A DNA stretch of 63,883 nucleotides, filler included, from Dugesia japonica (lineage: Eukaryota): the NCBI GenBank assembly GCA_001938525.1. It is 5 parts of 5 records of this genome, joined end to end, with 100 filler letters (N's around TTAATTAATTAA, not from the genome) between each part and the next. Parts side by side here need not be neighbours in the genome. Positions count along the whole stretch, not along the records: positions 25,059 to 36,640 come from MQRL01444757.1; positions 36,741 to 55,588 come from MQRL01375115.1; 3 more parts are not named here. One strand, written 5' to 3'. Under the pieces are notes generated by a model. It saw only the letters and a program-made list of their open reading frames with translations, did not search any database and was not told the origin of the DNA. How positions within the stretch are numbered: the first letter of the stretch is position 1; each line of letters opens with the position of its first letter. Positions 28,101 through 40,499 of this stretch are shown here, piece by piece. Both the position numbers and the translations under genes were made by a program.

Positions 28101-31100
28101 ATTAAATTTATATGTTGTAAATATTATTCTTTAGTGAATATATTTTGAATAAAGTATAAAACTATAACTTAGGTGCTGTTTTGAGTTTTCATCAAATTTT
28201 ACTTTTATTTTTATTATCCTAATATTATTTAATATTTCCACAATTAAGCAACAATAGAAATAGTAATGTTGCTCCATACATTTTGTTTGAAACGAATTAT
28301 CAGAAAACAAACTCACAGATTTCAGCGAAATATTAATTAATGCATATATTTAATATCACGAGATCCATAAATAAATAACAAAAGATAAAATAGTAGTAGT
28401 TTAAAAGGCAATGTTAAAATTTCTAATCACCACCCATTTAGACTGCAACTCGGTTCTTCTAATTCTCAAAACACAAAACAACGGATATAGTTCTATCAAA
28501 AATAAAGTTATGACTATGAAGAAGTTTAAAAATTGAGCATTAAGTTATGAGCTGTCATTATGAAGAAGATTTAGAACAAATATTAATCATGCGATGTAGT
28601 TTCTTCAAAAAAGTCACATTTGTTATAATTCCAGTTATATATTCAAAATGAAATGATTACACCACACCATGGTATATTTATTTAAATGCAGAATTTTTTT
28701 TTGCGTTAAATTAATATTTTAACAGAAATTAATAAAAAATAATTTAAATTGAAACATAAAAAACAATGGAATATAAGATTCTGAATTTTTCCACTTTTAA
28801 AATTTTAGTATATAATGCATACTTCTTTTATTTCATATAATCTTAAATAAAATAAGAATTGAGTATTTTTTTTGAAGGTTCCGAAAGTATTTTAAAAACT
28901 GATAATTAATTGGGAAAATTGAAATTGTAATTTTATATACAAAAATATTCACAATTGAGTGATACTTGGAACCATGGGTGATTAATTTGACCATGATTAA
29001 ATTAACTCAAAGAATTTAATTAAAATAATTTTTCAAAGTAATTAACAAAATAAAGTTTAATAAAAAGTTTAATTTTTTTAATTTCTTGTTATCCGAATTT
29101 TAAAACTGTCTTCAAATATTTAGTTTAAAAACAACTCGAATACTTGTTTTGGAAAATTTGTATAACTAGTGAAAATGAGATTAAGCATTTTGATCTGTTT
29201 ACTTTTGATGATTAAATTAATTACGCCTTATGAACTGTAAAGCGAATTTAAATAAAATGAATACAAAATAAATTATCAGTTATATTATTCAAAATCTTAT
29301 AAGTTAATTTCCCATCAAAGTTGCATGCAGAATCGAAAATAAAGCATTCAATGCACATTAAATAATTTTTAAAAAAATTAACAAGACTTTTTTAAAAGAA
29401 GTATCCTTCTGAAAGATCATTAAAAGTATCCTTACAAAGACATTTTTGAGGAACAAACATTAGAAATAGAGCAAAATCAAATATAACAATATAATTTTAG
29501 TAAAGTGATCTCTTTTCTTTTTCTTAAAATTAAATTTTTGTATTAACAAATGAAATTAAACAGATGGCAAATGTTTCATTGCAGCATAATACTTTTTTGG
29601 TCATGGTAATATAATCATTCAAAAATGAAATATATAGAAATTTATTATAAAACAAAACGTTAGGAAATGTATGTAGAGCTAATTAAAGACAACCAATTTT
29701 GGAATCGTTTATTAACAAACTTTTATTCTGTATAATTTATCTTATAATTTCTTGTTATCCAATATCACTGTCAAAAATTATACTATTATAAAAGTTATTG
29801 AATATTAAAGTTGGTAGATAATTTTAATGTTCTGACGATTCAACTAAAAGAATTTTTTGATAAATTATGTCACATCCACTTTAATTGTTAAATTCAATAT
29901 CAAACTCCAAATAACTTTTTGAAATTATTTTTTTCTGAAAATAAATTTTGATACTGACTATAATAAATGAGTTTTGTTATATTTAATATTACGACTTTGG
30001 ATTTGAAAAAACGCGAGGCCTATATACTTAAAAATGAATAAGAATTACTGCTATTTAAAATAATAACGTGTTTAAAATACTTATATACAAATTGATGTTA
30101 AATATATACAGAAAACAAATGTTATTTTAAAATATTCTTTGTTGTAAAAGTTAAAAGTAGATACATGATTTCTAAATATTTAATTTCTTTATAAAATTTA
30201 AATAATATAAATATAATAGAGACATTATAATTTATATAAATATGAAAATTTGTTCAAACTTACTTTTTGGGTATTTTTGGTCTTAGAAGCAGTTGACGAT
30301 CGTGCATTTACTGATTTATTGGAATTACTTCCTGCACTAGATGTGTCTTGATTAACACTGGTTGATGCATTCACTTCATCTGGAAAATTACATTAATAAT
30401 GAGTTTCTAGAAAATTAGTTGTCACCTTTTCTGTCAGACAATTCTTTCGTACTGTTATTTTGATGAGGAGGAATAGAACCATTCATATAAATATCTGAAC
30501 TACTGGAAAATGGAGATTGTGATCCACGTGATACAAACGGACTATGCACATTATATGGACGATTTTGATGCATAGCTACAGGAGGAAGGTATCCATAACC
30601 TGGACCTGGGCTGGATGTTTGAATATAATTTGGATAATTCATAACTGGCGGTCTAGCTAAATTACTTCCCATAAGTGCGTTATTGTTTGGATTTAAATAA
30701 TTATGAGTATTATTTCCTTGTTGGGGATTAGCATAACGAAATTGTGAATAATAAGGTGAATTTGGGTGCATCATCATGTGACTATATATAGAATTATCAT
30801 AACCAACGGAAGATGCTTGAGTTTTTAATTGAGCTAAATTAAATACTAAATTTAAACGTAGCTTAGAAATTATCATTCATTTACATTGATTAACTTTATC
30901 ATAAACATAATTAGGTCCATTATGCATAATATCACTTTTATCTGATGTAGAATCAGTACAAGATGTATTTAAATGGAAACCGGGGTTAATATTTGCATCT
31001 GATTTAGATATATTACAATCAGATTCAATTGAATTTTGTTTTTCAGACTTAATCTAAAATTTAATAAAAAAATATTTCAATAAAAAGCATTTTTAATTAA

Positions 31101-31813
31101 TTTTAAATAAAAATATTTCAATTTTAAGTAAACAATTTCAAATTACTATATAATTTAAACAAACAAAAAAATGTNNNNNNNNNNNNNNNNNNNNNNNNNN
31201 NNNNNNNNNNNNNNNNNNNNNNNNNNNNNNNNNNNNNNNNNNNNNNNNNNGGCTTCCATTCTTGCATATTAGTTTTTGATTTATCAATTTCGTTATTTTG
31301 GTATGATCTATTGTCAGTTTTATAATTACTATTTCCCTGTATATCACCTGTGATATTATAATCCGAAGGTTTCATTTTATCTATTTTGGAATATGTAATA
31401 TCATTTGAATTTTGGGGATATGTTTCCTGATATTGTGAATAATACATGCGCTAAATAAATCAATACATAACAATAAATTATTAATAGTAGCTGCTTACAG
31501 CTGAATCTGCTTGAGATCTCGATAAATTCCAATTATTTTCATAATTTCGAAAATTCGAGTGATAATTAGTTGATGCAGGTGGACGAAAAGGTAAATTGGA
31601 ATAAGGCCCATATTGATTATTTTGTAAAAGTTGATTAAGAGATGAAGGTGGATTTTGATATTGATACGTTTGTTTGTCATCATAATGACTATAAGTAGCA
31701 GGTGATAAGACTCCAGTTTCACTTGAGTTTTCACCAAAATGTTGAATACCTTCCGTTGACATATGATTTGGTGATTGTAGATTTGTTGTTGCTCCAGAAT
31801 TTGAATATTCCAT
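25136..31813 (-). CDS. ARID1: Osa/ARID1 (BAF250) family SWI/SNF subunit, multi-exon, 3' end not visible
   Basis: ARID domain in ORF 26258-27460 (KLMELGNEPER..W.ERY..F..PLDLFRLY..V.ERGGL..V.K.KRWKE....S.AYTLRRNY) is of the ARID1/Osa type; flanked by P/Q/N/S-rich exons; ATG at 31813; GT-AG introns, e.g. 31451-31498 and a ~2.7-kb intron ~27522-30263; last visible donor near 25135, just before the spacer. Confidence 0.85.
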
Positions 31814-33075
31814 TTAAGTAAAAATTCCAATTGATATCGATTGTTGATTGCTAGGGTAAATAGAGAAGAAAATTGAAATTGAGTTTAATAAATTTACAAT
31901 ACGAGCTCCTAAATAAAAAAAATATACAAGAATTCAGAAGCTCATAGTAAAACTCAATTTTGCACACATTGAATTAAATAGCATACCACAAAGTTAGACT
32001 GAACGTAATTTCTAAAGTAGGAACACAAAGCGATTTTGAAAAATCCACTAGACGATTATAAACCTTGAAATAACGATGTCATAAGTGATTTTGCTTAATA
32101 AATTTCGTTATTTAATAAATACAAAGAGTAACATAAGCAAATCACGTTAACGTTAATATTTTTAAAATTTGTATTTAAATTACCAAAAAAATAATTTTTC
32201 TATATATCTGCATATACAGAAATTTATAATAATATTTTTTAAAAATCTATATAGTGCAACTTAGAAATTCAAGAGAAGCATGCAAAATATTAAGCGAGAT
32301 GTCGCATCAATAATGATTTATTGACTGTTATTGTATGGCAACTACATTAAGAAAATGAAAAATATAAAAGCTTATAACTACGAAAAAAGAAGATTAAATA
32401 AATTTTTTAGTCAAAAAAATTATTTAATATGTTATATTTACACAAATTTTTCTTGTTTGAAAGTTTACTGTTCATTACATAGTGAAAATTTACGATTTTA
32501 TTTTAATTGAAAATTAATAAAATTGAGCTACTTAACATTGTAGTTGTTCGTGCGACAACACACTGAATCAACTGTCGCCTGCTAAATTCTTCATAAAGTA
32601 AGCGCATGATATCTTGTCCGTTCTCTCATTACCATTCCGGCCTGCAGTTTTTGCAAAACCTATTTACGAGCCTAGCTCTTTTTATGTTTTATGCACGGGT
32701 TGAAGCTTAGCTTATTTGTGCGCACTACTGCCTTACATGGTAAAAATTTCAGTAGATTTTATTCAATATAAACTGTTTTCAGATGCTAAAATAAGTAGTA
32801 TTGCTTTATTAGTAGCTAGTTAAAAGAAATTATTTTTATTCTATAGCTATATTTAAATTTTTAACATTAAACACTAAAGGGAAATCTGAAGTTGAATTTG
32901 CAGTGGTGAGTTGTTGCTTAAAATAATATCACCAAGGAGCCAATAAAATTAAAGGAATTAATTGGATTTACAATAAATTAATTAATAATCTAAAACTTTA
33001 TGAAGAAAATAATTTACAAATATAAAAATTTAAAACATCAAGACAAATGTATTTATTTAAATAAATGGGTATCGA

Positions 33076-34229
33076 TTATTTCTCGACATGTAAATTATTA
33101 TTTGTATCACTGGAAGATTGTCTAAATTCATAGGAATGAAGTGATAATGTATTCAACCACAACAACATTGATTTTTCTTCTTTTTCGATTTGAAAGATGT
33201 GTGAATAGACAAATTCCTGTCGAAATTTCTCTATTTGACTTTTATAAAAATCCCAACTAATAGGTTTTCTTCCACCTTCGACCGCATATTTCTCATTATA
33301 GGAGTCATAATTAACCCTGTCTAGAATTAATCCAAGACCCGGAGCTCGGGGCAAGTCTATCTAGAAATGAAATTAATTCAGTCAAATTATAGATTGTTAA
33401 TAACCTTTTGTAATTGAAAAACTCTTTCAAATACAGTGTCATCACAAAATCCCCTCACTACTGCCATGGTCAAAGCGATCATTTTTCTAATTTGATGAAG
33501 CATAAATGATTGCCCATTTATAACAATAGAAACATATTCAATATTTTCTTCTACACAAGCAGGTTCACAAGTTAAACTCATTAAATAACGTCGACAACTA
33601 GAATCTGTTGGAAGACGGCCAGAAGTAAAATTGTGAAAATTATGGGTACCCAAATAAAAAGACAAGACTCTATTCACTTTATTAAATGTATCAACATCAA
33701 TGCGAAAATTATGTAATTCATCTTCAGATATATTTCTTGGGGAGAAAGCAAAACTTGGAGTTAAATATCTATATGTTCGATATTTAACCATACCCTTAGC
33801 ATGAAAACTTTTAGTAGTTTGAAAAACATCTAATATCCTAATTTGCGCGGGTAATTTACTATTTAAAATATCATGTACGTTATCGAATTTCGATAATTTA
33901 ATTGAACAGACTTGCCCAAGAGCTGACACGCTTTTATCAGTTTTTGAAGCCCGTTGGAATTTCAATTTCATGGGTTGCTTAAAATTTTCTTCGTCTATCA
34001 ACTCAGCCTCTAACATTGCTTGCAAAATGTCACCTTCAATGGTTCTAAATCCTTCATTTCGTTGCATTCCAAAGTAACCAACACCAGAATACATCATCAT
34101 TATAGCACACGTCTTTTTACGTTGAATAGAAATTTGTTTAACTTTCTTAGTATCATCTAGCACTAAATCTGAAGCTCTTCTTTTTAAAATATGAGAATTC
34201 TCTAATTTATCATCTATGATTTCGGGCAT
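33076..34229 (-). CDS. PUS1: tRNA pseudouridine synthase Pus1 (TruA family), 2 exons (34229-33405, 33360-33076)
   Basis: YSGVGYFGMQRN, FQRASKTDKSVSA (catalytic Asp), GTHNFHNFT, GQSFMLHQIRKM, PRAPGLGL motifs; 44-nt GT-AG intron 33361-33404. Confidence 0.95.
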
Positions 34230-34230
34230 T

Positions 34231-34464
34231 TTAAAGTTCAGATTTTTCTTCTATCTTTTTTTTCAAATCAATAGCTTCTAAATACAATTTACCTGTTAAT
34301 TTAATTTCAGGTCTAACTTTCGTATAATAGTTAAATACAACACTGCTTAAATATACTAAGCCTACTGATGATCCTAAAAATAAAGTAAAAACAGCAAATT
34401 TATGAGTTTTATCAAGAAATCTAGATAATTTTGATGGTTTATTTTTTCGAATGAACAATTCCAT
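34231..34464 (-). CDS. Small single-TM protein, COX14-like (cytochrome c oxidase assembly factor)
   Basis: 77 aa from ATG 34464: LDKTHKFAVFTLFLGSSVGLVYLSSVVFNYY resembles the COX14 D-x-x-H-(R/K)-x-x-V-x-T-L + TM pattern, followed by a charged tail; recognised by eye only. Confidence 0.6.
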   Translation of the reverse strand: MELFIRKNKPSKLSRFLDKTHKFAVFTLFLGSSVGLVYLSSVVFNYYTKVRPEIKLTGKLYLEAIDLKKKIEEKSEL

Positions 34465-34739
34465 AAAATAAACTACCAAATTGGGCAAAATTTTATACTA
34501 ATATGACGATTTACAAATAAACCTGATATACCTAGTTGAAAATAATTTATAATTATATTAAAGAGGATATTAAAACAATTTATTTAAAATTTCAACTTAA
34601 ATATTTAAGAAGAAATTGTATTAAATAATTAAAATATGAAGCTAACTTTTAAAATTTAATAAAAATTAATAAATCAGTATTGTCCATTGAAAAGCTAGTA
34701 AAAACTCATCTATATGCTGAACTTTAAAATGTTCAAAAT

Positions 34740-35368
34740 CATAGGTGATAAATCATTGAACTCATATGTTAAAATTATTTAATTAATATATTTAATTAAA
34801 CATCATTATGAGCCATAACCATTATAAAATAAGTATACACAATCATATATTTTATACAAAAAATATGAAGATACAAATTCAGCGTGATCGCATTACCTCA
34901 AATCAGTTGATTATAAAACAAAATGTAAGAAATGGGGATTAATCTTAAAAATATTGGATGGTTCTACAAAAGACCTCCATACACACTTATTAACTAAGCA
35001 CAGTTTAAAAGTTAACGAAGTTCGTCATGATATACTTATTTTTAGTGGAGAGGACAATGTCAATAATAAGCCTTCAAAGAAACAAAGAATCACACATCAT
35101 TTTACACTAACAAAAAACACGGACTGCTAATTTAATTGAAATTAAATTAGAAGGAAACGAATATTTTTGAAAATGGTGAAATCCGAGGACAAAATTTATA
35201 ATGAGTGTATAAATATTTATTATCAATTCCACCAGCAAGCATTGAACATGAGCGGTCATTTTCTGTAGCTGCACATTTTGGCAATAAAATAAGAATTAGG
35301 TTAAGTGACCATACATTAGATGGATTAGTACCCCTCCATGCATATTTTCAAAAAGAAACAGAATAAAT
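34740..35368 (+). mobile_element. hAT transposase C-terminal (dimerisation domain) remnant
   Basis: ~35220-35365 reads PPASIEHERSFSVAAHFGNKIRIRLSDHTLD (decayed P.TS...ER.FS.......R.RL); 5' boundary approximate. Confidence 0.65.
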
Positions 35369-37119
35369 AATAGAATATGCATGTTATATAAATATAATTC
35401 TATTTTGTTATTATTTACTTTTTTATGTTACATAACAAATAATCTTCCAAAATACTAAATACGTTTGTAATTCAAAAGCTTCTGAACATTTTTTGAATTA
35501 CAAATGTGTGGGGTTGTCCATAAATGACACCACAGACTTACGGGGAAACGGGTGGGACTAGTAGTGGGTTTGAGAAAAGAGACGCACAACAAAAATCGAA
35601 ATGATCCACAAATTCATAAATTTAAAAAAATGTTTTACTTAATAAATAGTAAGTTGATGATATTAATTTTAATTGGGTTTTATAATATTAATTTTTTGAT
35701 TATTTAAATTTTTCATCGTCACAGTCAGATTTTATTAATAGTACAATAAAATTGCCGAGCTTCGAGGTTTTTGATGTTGTTATTTAACTATGGACACCTT
35801 ATTTTGAGTATCCTCTTTGTTTTTTATCATGAAATACCCAAAGCCAGCCGAAATTGGATAATGCCTCGTGCATTGTTCCATCTAGCCCAGGTCCATGCGG
35901 TACTATACGGTATCCAGTCTATATCATTCAATCTCGTGACTGTTGTGCCTTTTTCTTCTGTCTTTGATTATTTGATTTTTTTATCCAAGATTCAAAAACA
36001 TATAAATGTGTTTTTATAACTAATGATTTATTCACAACAAAAAATTTCACAGTTCGTCAATTATTTCCTTTATTATTTCCTTCTTGTCTTCTCCTGAGGC
36101 TTTGCTATTTGCTCGGGAAAAAATGGGGAAAAGCGACTTTACTTCAGTATGGTAGCTAGCTTCAAGCATAAGGCATAAAGTAAAAGTTTTTGGTTTGTTA
36201 TTTTAGTATATAAATGCCAATGCTTACTCCAAGCATAAGGCATAAGTTTTTGGTATTTGGTGTGTAATTGTGATTGTTAATGCCAATGCAAATTATAAAG
36301 TTAATTCCTGAAGTAAAGTCGCATTTTTCCCATTACTCGTTATGTTGGGCTGAAACAGACCTGTTGATAACATGAAAATTTAAACAAAGGTAAACTAGGG
36401 AAGAGTGAAGACAATGTTACTGAACTCATAAAGAAAATAGGAGTATTAAAAGAGATGATAAAATACAGGAAAAGTTCATCAAAATGATAAATTGACTAGA
36501 ANNNGAATTAAATTAAAGAAAAACAGAGAATCAAATAAAAATAATAATTAAAATAAAAAGAATTAATAAACATGGTACGAAAAGATAAAGAATCAATAAA
36601 AGTGCTCAAGAAGATAACGAATCCGACAGATTACTCAAATNNNNNNNNNNNNNNNNNNNNNNNNNNNNNNNNNNNNNNNNNNNNTTAATTAATTAANNNN
36701 NNNNNNNNNNNNNNNNNNNNNNNNNNNNNNNNNNNNNNNNCTAATTTGTACTTTTAAAATCTAGATTTAAACAACTGTACATAATGGCTGTAATTATCTG
36801 TTTTATTAACAATACATTTTAGGTTTTGCTCGGAGCCTTTAATATTGATGTCAATATTGGTCGTAGGGAAATTCACTTCAAAATTTGAAATTTTAAACAA
36901 ATGTTTTCTCATCGATTTTCTTTTAAAAAAAATTCGTAAAATTCATTAAATCACTTAATGTAAATAAAAATCTCAATAATCAGTAAATTAAAACAAGTCA
37001 CAAAAAAATCAATTAATTTAAACAAAAATAAATAAATAAACATTAAAACAAAAAATGTTGTCTGCGCTGGAAATTTAATTATGAAGTCTGCCTTGATGAT
37101 AGTTGCTATGGATATTACC

Positions 37120-37412
37120 TTGACCTACATTTATTCGACCTTGAAATATTNNNNNNNNNNNNNNNNNNNNNNCTGTATCACTGACCTTAAAAATTTCAAC
37201 CAGTCAGAATCGAGTATAATGAGCCACTTTGACCTTGAAAATTCAAAATTGAAATGGATCAGCCAAACAGAATCGAGAAAAATGAGCCACTTTGACCTTG
37301 GAAAAATTTCAACCAATCAGCATTGAGTATAATGAGCCACTTTGACCTTGAAAAAATTTGAAGTTGAGGGGGGAGGGGTGGCTATGTGCGCCAGGATCTA
37401 TCTACTGCTGCT
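37120..37412. repeat. Probable Polinton/Maverick terminal region with ~55-60-bp tandem units
   Basis: AATGAGCCACTTTGACCTTG + CCAATCAG-like units repeated 3-4 times, then a G-rich tract and ...TCTACTGCTGCT (rc AGCAGCAGTAGA, like an AGTAGT terminus). Confidence 0.5.
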
Positions 37413-38030
37413 ATAAATCTACCACCTTGTATTACTTTTTTCATCAATCTCCTATTCTTTTGTATTTACAAGCGATAGTAAGGTTTTTTTTAATGTTTTT
37501 TCAATGTTTCCTTTTTAGCTTCGCTCAAATTTACATTATCAGGAACAATATTTTAAATGATCTCAAGTAAATCATTCATAACATATATTGGAAATGATTC
37601 CCAAATTTTCATTCTCATTGATTTTGATGATTTAATCACTAAAAACGTAATACTTTTTTCTAATTTCATTTTTATTTCAATACCAAAGACATACCAGTTA
37701 ATTGTATATATCCATTTTCTATTCATCAATTCCAGTTCCTTTCCAGAACTTTTTGTAAGTATTTTAAACTTATTCAATTCATTTCTCTTATTTGCGTATG
37801 TTGTCTTATGTGATATCCATCTTCCATCCATCATTTCCAGTTTCTTTCCATTACATTTTGTAAGTTTTTTAAACTTATTCAATTGTTTTTTCTTATTTGT
37901 ATTCGTTTTTTTATGAGAATAATTCTTGTGAGACTTTTTCTTAAAAGATTGATTTATTTTTTTCTTCAAAACCAAACTTTTTTGTTGTTTAACAAAATCA
38001 GCATCAGTAACTGAATAAACTACAATTTTC

Positions 38031-38649
38031 TTAAACTTTGTCATTTTTTATAATATTATAAAAATGATCTATTTTTTTATATACTGTGATACCATTAGGG
38101 TTGAATATATCAGTTCTCACCCTATAATCATCTGAACATTGTTGTATAAAGTACAGAAATAGATATCCATGTGGTTTATCTGTGGCATCTTGAAATGATT
38201 CAATAAGAAATTGTCTGTTATTTGGATATGCTTGTCTTGGTAGAAAATCAACATAAGTTTGATCTCTAGGATCTTTGAATAAAACCAATTATTGCACGTT
38301 TAAGTTACGGGTTTTATGACTACCTCCTTGATAAATAGATTTTTAGTTATAAATATCTTAGTCACACTACAAGTCTCGATATCTTTGTGAATAAATTATC
38401 GAAATCTTTTTCTTTATTTGCCTCCTGATACAGATCTTTAACAACAATAACATAACCTAGTCTTCATCTTTTGCTCCAATTAGAATCATTTATGATTTTC
38501 ATTTTAATACTACAAAATTCGGATTTAGTCAATCCATGCTCCTCATCTTCACCCCTATGCCAGTATATGTTTTTAAATTTTGACTTGAATACCTTTGATT
38601 TCAATAATTGACATGCAAACAAGTTTTCTTTTTTCTTTAATTTACTCAT
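38031..38649 (-). pseudogene. Decayed Polinton/Maverick A32-like packaging ATPase
   Basis: Minus strand VIVVKDL (Walker B remnant), LFTKISR, NLNVQ*LVLFKDPRD, DATDKPHGYL, RVRTDIF; stops and frameshifts. Confidence 0.75.
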
Positions 38650-40499
38650 AATTTAGTATATTGTTAATAATTGAAAGTTAAAAACACACATACACTAAAA
38701 ATAAAATGACTATGACCTTTTAATTAATTAAATGCAACTCATATGCAACACAAATACACTGAAAATTACATTCCTGGGAATTTTTATTGATTTTTTCAAT
38801 AAATGCATAGGCATGCAACTCACATGCAATTCATATGAACACACATAAAATGAAAATCAAGTGCCAATTAGTTTTAGACTACCCCATGCCTTGCAAAATA
38901 TCAAGTCTGCCCCATCCCATGCTAAATATAGAGACTGTCTCATGCAAAATATAGGGACTCGTCCATGCAAAATATCAAGACTACCCCATACCATGCTAAA
39001 TATAGAAACTCCCAGTTACTAAATATTGAAACTCTTTATGGTGAATATTGAGACTGCTCCATCTCATACATAAACATTAAGTCTTATAAAAAAATTTGAT
39101 TATATTAAAGAATTTCTCTTCCAAAAATAAAGTTTTGAATTTCTCGCTACAAAAAACATTTTAAATTTCCCGGACAAAAGATTTTTTGAATTTCCGCTAA
39201 AAAGAAATATCAAGACTGAACTTTTTCAGGCTCAAAAGTTATTAAAAAACAAACCTTCCCTGTTCAAAAATACTCAAAAAGTATTCAAAAATACATCATT
39301 TTTACAAAAATGCAATTAATTTCCTTTATTTCATCATTTTAAGCAAAATACAGCATTTTTAACTAAAATAAAGATTTTAAAAGATTATGACGTCATACCC
39401 ACCTGTACGAAAAATTTCAAATAAATCTTAAAAAATCCGATAATTAATTTTCTACTCCCGACATTTTTTTAAACAAACTTATACTACTTTCAAAAATCAA
39501 CCAATCAAATTAAAACCATCAAAATCAAAAAATACAAAATCTTCTCCAGCACATTACTTTTTCAACAACACATAAAACATTCAAATCCAATAACCTCTTA
39601 CAAACCTCAAACTTTCCTAAAAACCCGCCACGATAACTCTTACGACTGTGCCAGTGCGCCACTACCCTTCTAGCGAAAACCATACATTCCACCTCATAGG
39701 TTATATAGACAATATATAGAGCAAATCTTTGTCAGACATCAAACAAATCTTAAAAAAACAAAAAAATTATTTCCAAGATCTCCAACTCAAACTCGAGTCC
39801 AAATTCCGTCTTTTACACACACACACACTCAAATTGACCTACTTTTTAAAATCCACCTTAACAACACAAACACACACAACTTTTAAAATTTAAAAATATA
39901 CACACACCAATAGGATCAAACCAAATGATCCGATCAAAAAAAATTTGATTCGATCATAAATGTTTTGACCACAAAATCTAGAAAAAAACTAACCAAAAAA
40001 TCAGAGCCCAATCGTAATATTTTTCCAAGCCTTCTGCCAAAACAAGTGTGTGCATCCAATGTCTCATATATCTGCCATAAATGTATTTTGACTATTCTGA
40101 ATAATCGCAGTTAATCTATGATCTTTGTAAATTTCTAGAATCTCCATTGTATGTCTCAATCGTTCACTCAATGTTGCAAACAATTTTCTTTTGCACTTTT
40201 TTTGCTGATAATACTCAAAAGTATTCTGAAATTCCACTTCACCAATTAGATCTGTGCAAGTGTTTTGATGCGCTACTATCTACTTACTCATAATAAAAAG
40301 TCAAGATCCAAGAAAAGAATACCCAAAAGGCAGGGCTCCATCAGTAGAGGAGTTTGTCGGAGCCATTTATTAAACGAGTTAACGTTTAAATATCCTCAAG
40401 AGCCCGCAAAATGGGATGAGACGAGTAAAGTGAGAGAAAAGATTTACAAATTCCTAAAAAAAGTTTCAATGATGCGGAAGTTAACAAAGCAGAAGTGAT

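Noticed and set aside
37120-37355. Repeat-spacer look resembling a CRISPR array
   Set aside because: Intervening sequences are themselves similar, the context is eukaryotic, and no cas genes are present; a tandem repeat
37553-38044. Lys-rich 163-aa ORF
   Set aside because: Low complexity with an internal duplication; may belong to the Polinton remnant, but no function can be supported
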